In this document: piece by piece, positions 63,050 to 64,000 of the stretch | Layout of the letters: each line of letters opens with the position of its first letter | How positions within the stretch are numbered: the stretch's first letter is position 1 | Source: Camelus ferus | Lineage: Eukaryota | DNA: 64,000 bases | Assembly: GCF_009834535.1 (NCBI RefSeq) | Contig: NC_045697.1 | Coordinates: 16,618,001-16,682,000 of the forward strand | Reading direction: 5' to 3' | Position numbers and translations under genes: made by a program | Notes under the pieces: generated by a model | What the model was told of the DNA's origin: nothing | Seen by the model: the letters and a program-made list of their open reading frames with translations, nothing else | The model's database searches: none

Positions 63050-64000
63050 GATAAATGGTAGGTTTTTCCTTTCTATTTTGATAAAGTTATTGGCAAGTCT
63101 CACAGCGGTATCAAATAGAAACGGAGTCATGGGAAGTGCCTCTTGCGTCCTTTAGCAGATTTCAGCGCACTATTCATTGCTCTTTCACGTTTCCAGTAAT
63201 CACGAACATTTTTTTTTCTGTAGGAGAAAGGGGGCCAGGGGCTGGGATATATTTAGCCCCCTTTCCTATTGCTAGGTTTATGCTGAATCTTGCAGTGTAA
63301 GCGGTTGGGCATGGGGACTACTATCTGAAATCGGGGGAGGACAGAGCGCTAATAATGTATTCTCTGGCTTCTCGGTCACAAGGACCACCAGTCGCCTATG
63401 AGGCACAGGGGACATCCTGACAGTAAGTCATTATCAGCAGCTGTCTATCAGCTTCTCCCATATTTAACCTGATGACTTACATATGACGGAGGAGCGGGGA
63501 GGTGCATTCTGTTACAAGTCTTCAAAAAATATTCAGTCCATTATAGTCAAATTGCTTCCTAAGCTGAATATTTAGCAGGTTTCTCACTAGAGGCAATGGC
63601 TTGGACTTAAAATTCACACTTTCCAGGGTTAAGTACAAAAACAGAGCTCATCCATTTGATAAAGCCCCACGTCACTTCTTATTATAGAAATCACCACGTC
63701 CGCCTTTGCTGTTTGAAAGGAGACAAGCTAAAATACAGAAGGTGCACGTTACCTTAGAGCTGAAATCCATCCATGAATATGGAAAAGAGGGGGAGGGGGA
63801 GGGAGATCCAGAGAGGAAATAGAATAATAATAAGCCAGTAATGTGTACTGATCTGAGAAACATGCCAGGAGTTTGGTTACGATAAATAAGAAAAGCAGAA
63901 GTAGATTTGAAACATTCGTTTCCCTTTATTAGCTCAGTGAGGCTGATGTGTACTGCACATTTAAAAAAAAAAATCACAGGAATTTTCATACAATGAATAA

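Noticed and set aside
1..64000. CRISPR arrays, operons, rRNA, CpG-island promoter
   Set aside because: No regularly spaced direct repeats, no rRNA-like sequence and no extended CpG-rich island; the DNA is mammalian and non-coding.

Overview
This is mammalian non-coding genomic DNA, AT-rich and CpG-poor, with no prokaryotic features, no CRISPR array and no recognisable intact protein-coding gene. Two tRNA-derived SINEs match the camelid Vic-1-type SINE, and several young L1 3' ends are of cetartiodactyl type, so the source is probably a camel, alpaca or llama. The window looks like a large intron or gene desert. It holds ancient eutherian repeats (MIR, L2, L1M, MLT1/MLT2, LTR33 with an ERVL internal remnant, hAT and Tigger MITEs), younger lineage-specific insertions with intact target-site duplications (SINEs, L1 fragments, ERV1-class solo LTRs including a MER41-like one) and microsatellites. 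Most ORFs in the supplied track are chance or repeat-derived. The most interesting unexplained signals are: a ~1.7 kb coding-like decayed segment on the minus strand (30.5-32.2 kb); a second coding-like block with splice signals (48.5-49.2 kb); a possible two-exon unit at 11.8-12.4 kb; same-strand orientation of all LTRs; a perfect palindrome; a tandem E-box; and repeat-depleted, motif-rich candidate enhancers. I found no convincing novel biological system. Repeat family names come from my recall of consensus sequences, not from a search, and boundaries of old repeats are approximate.
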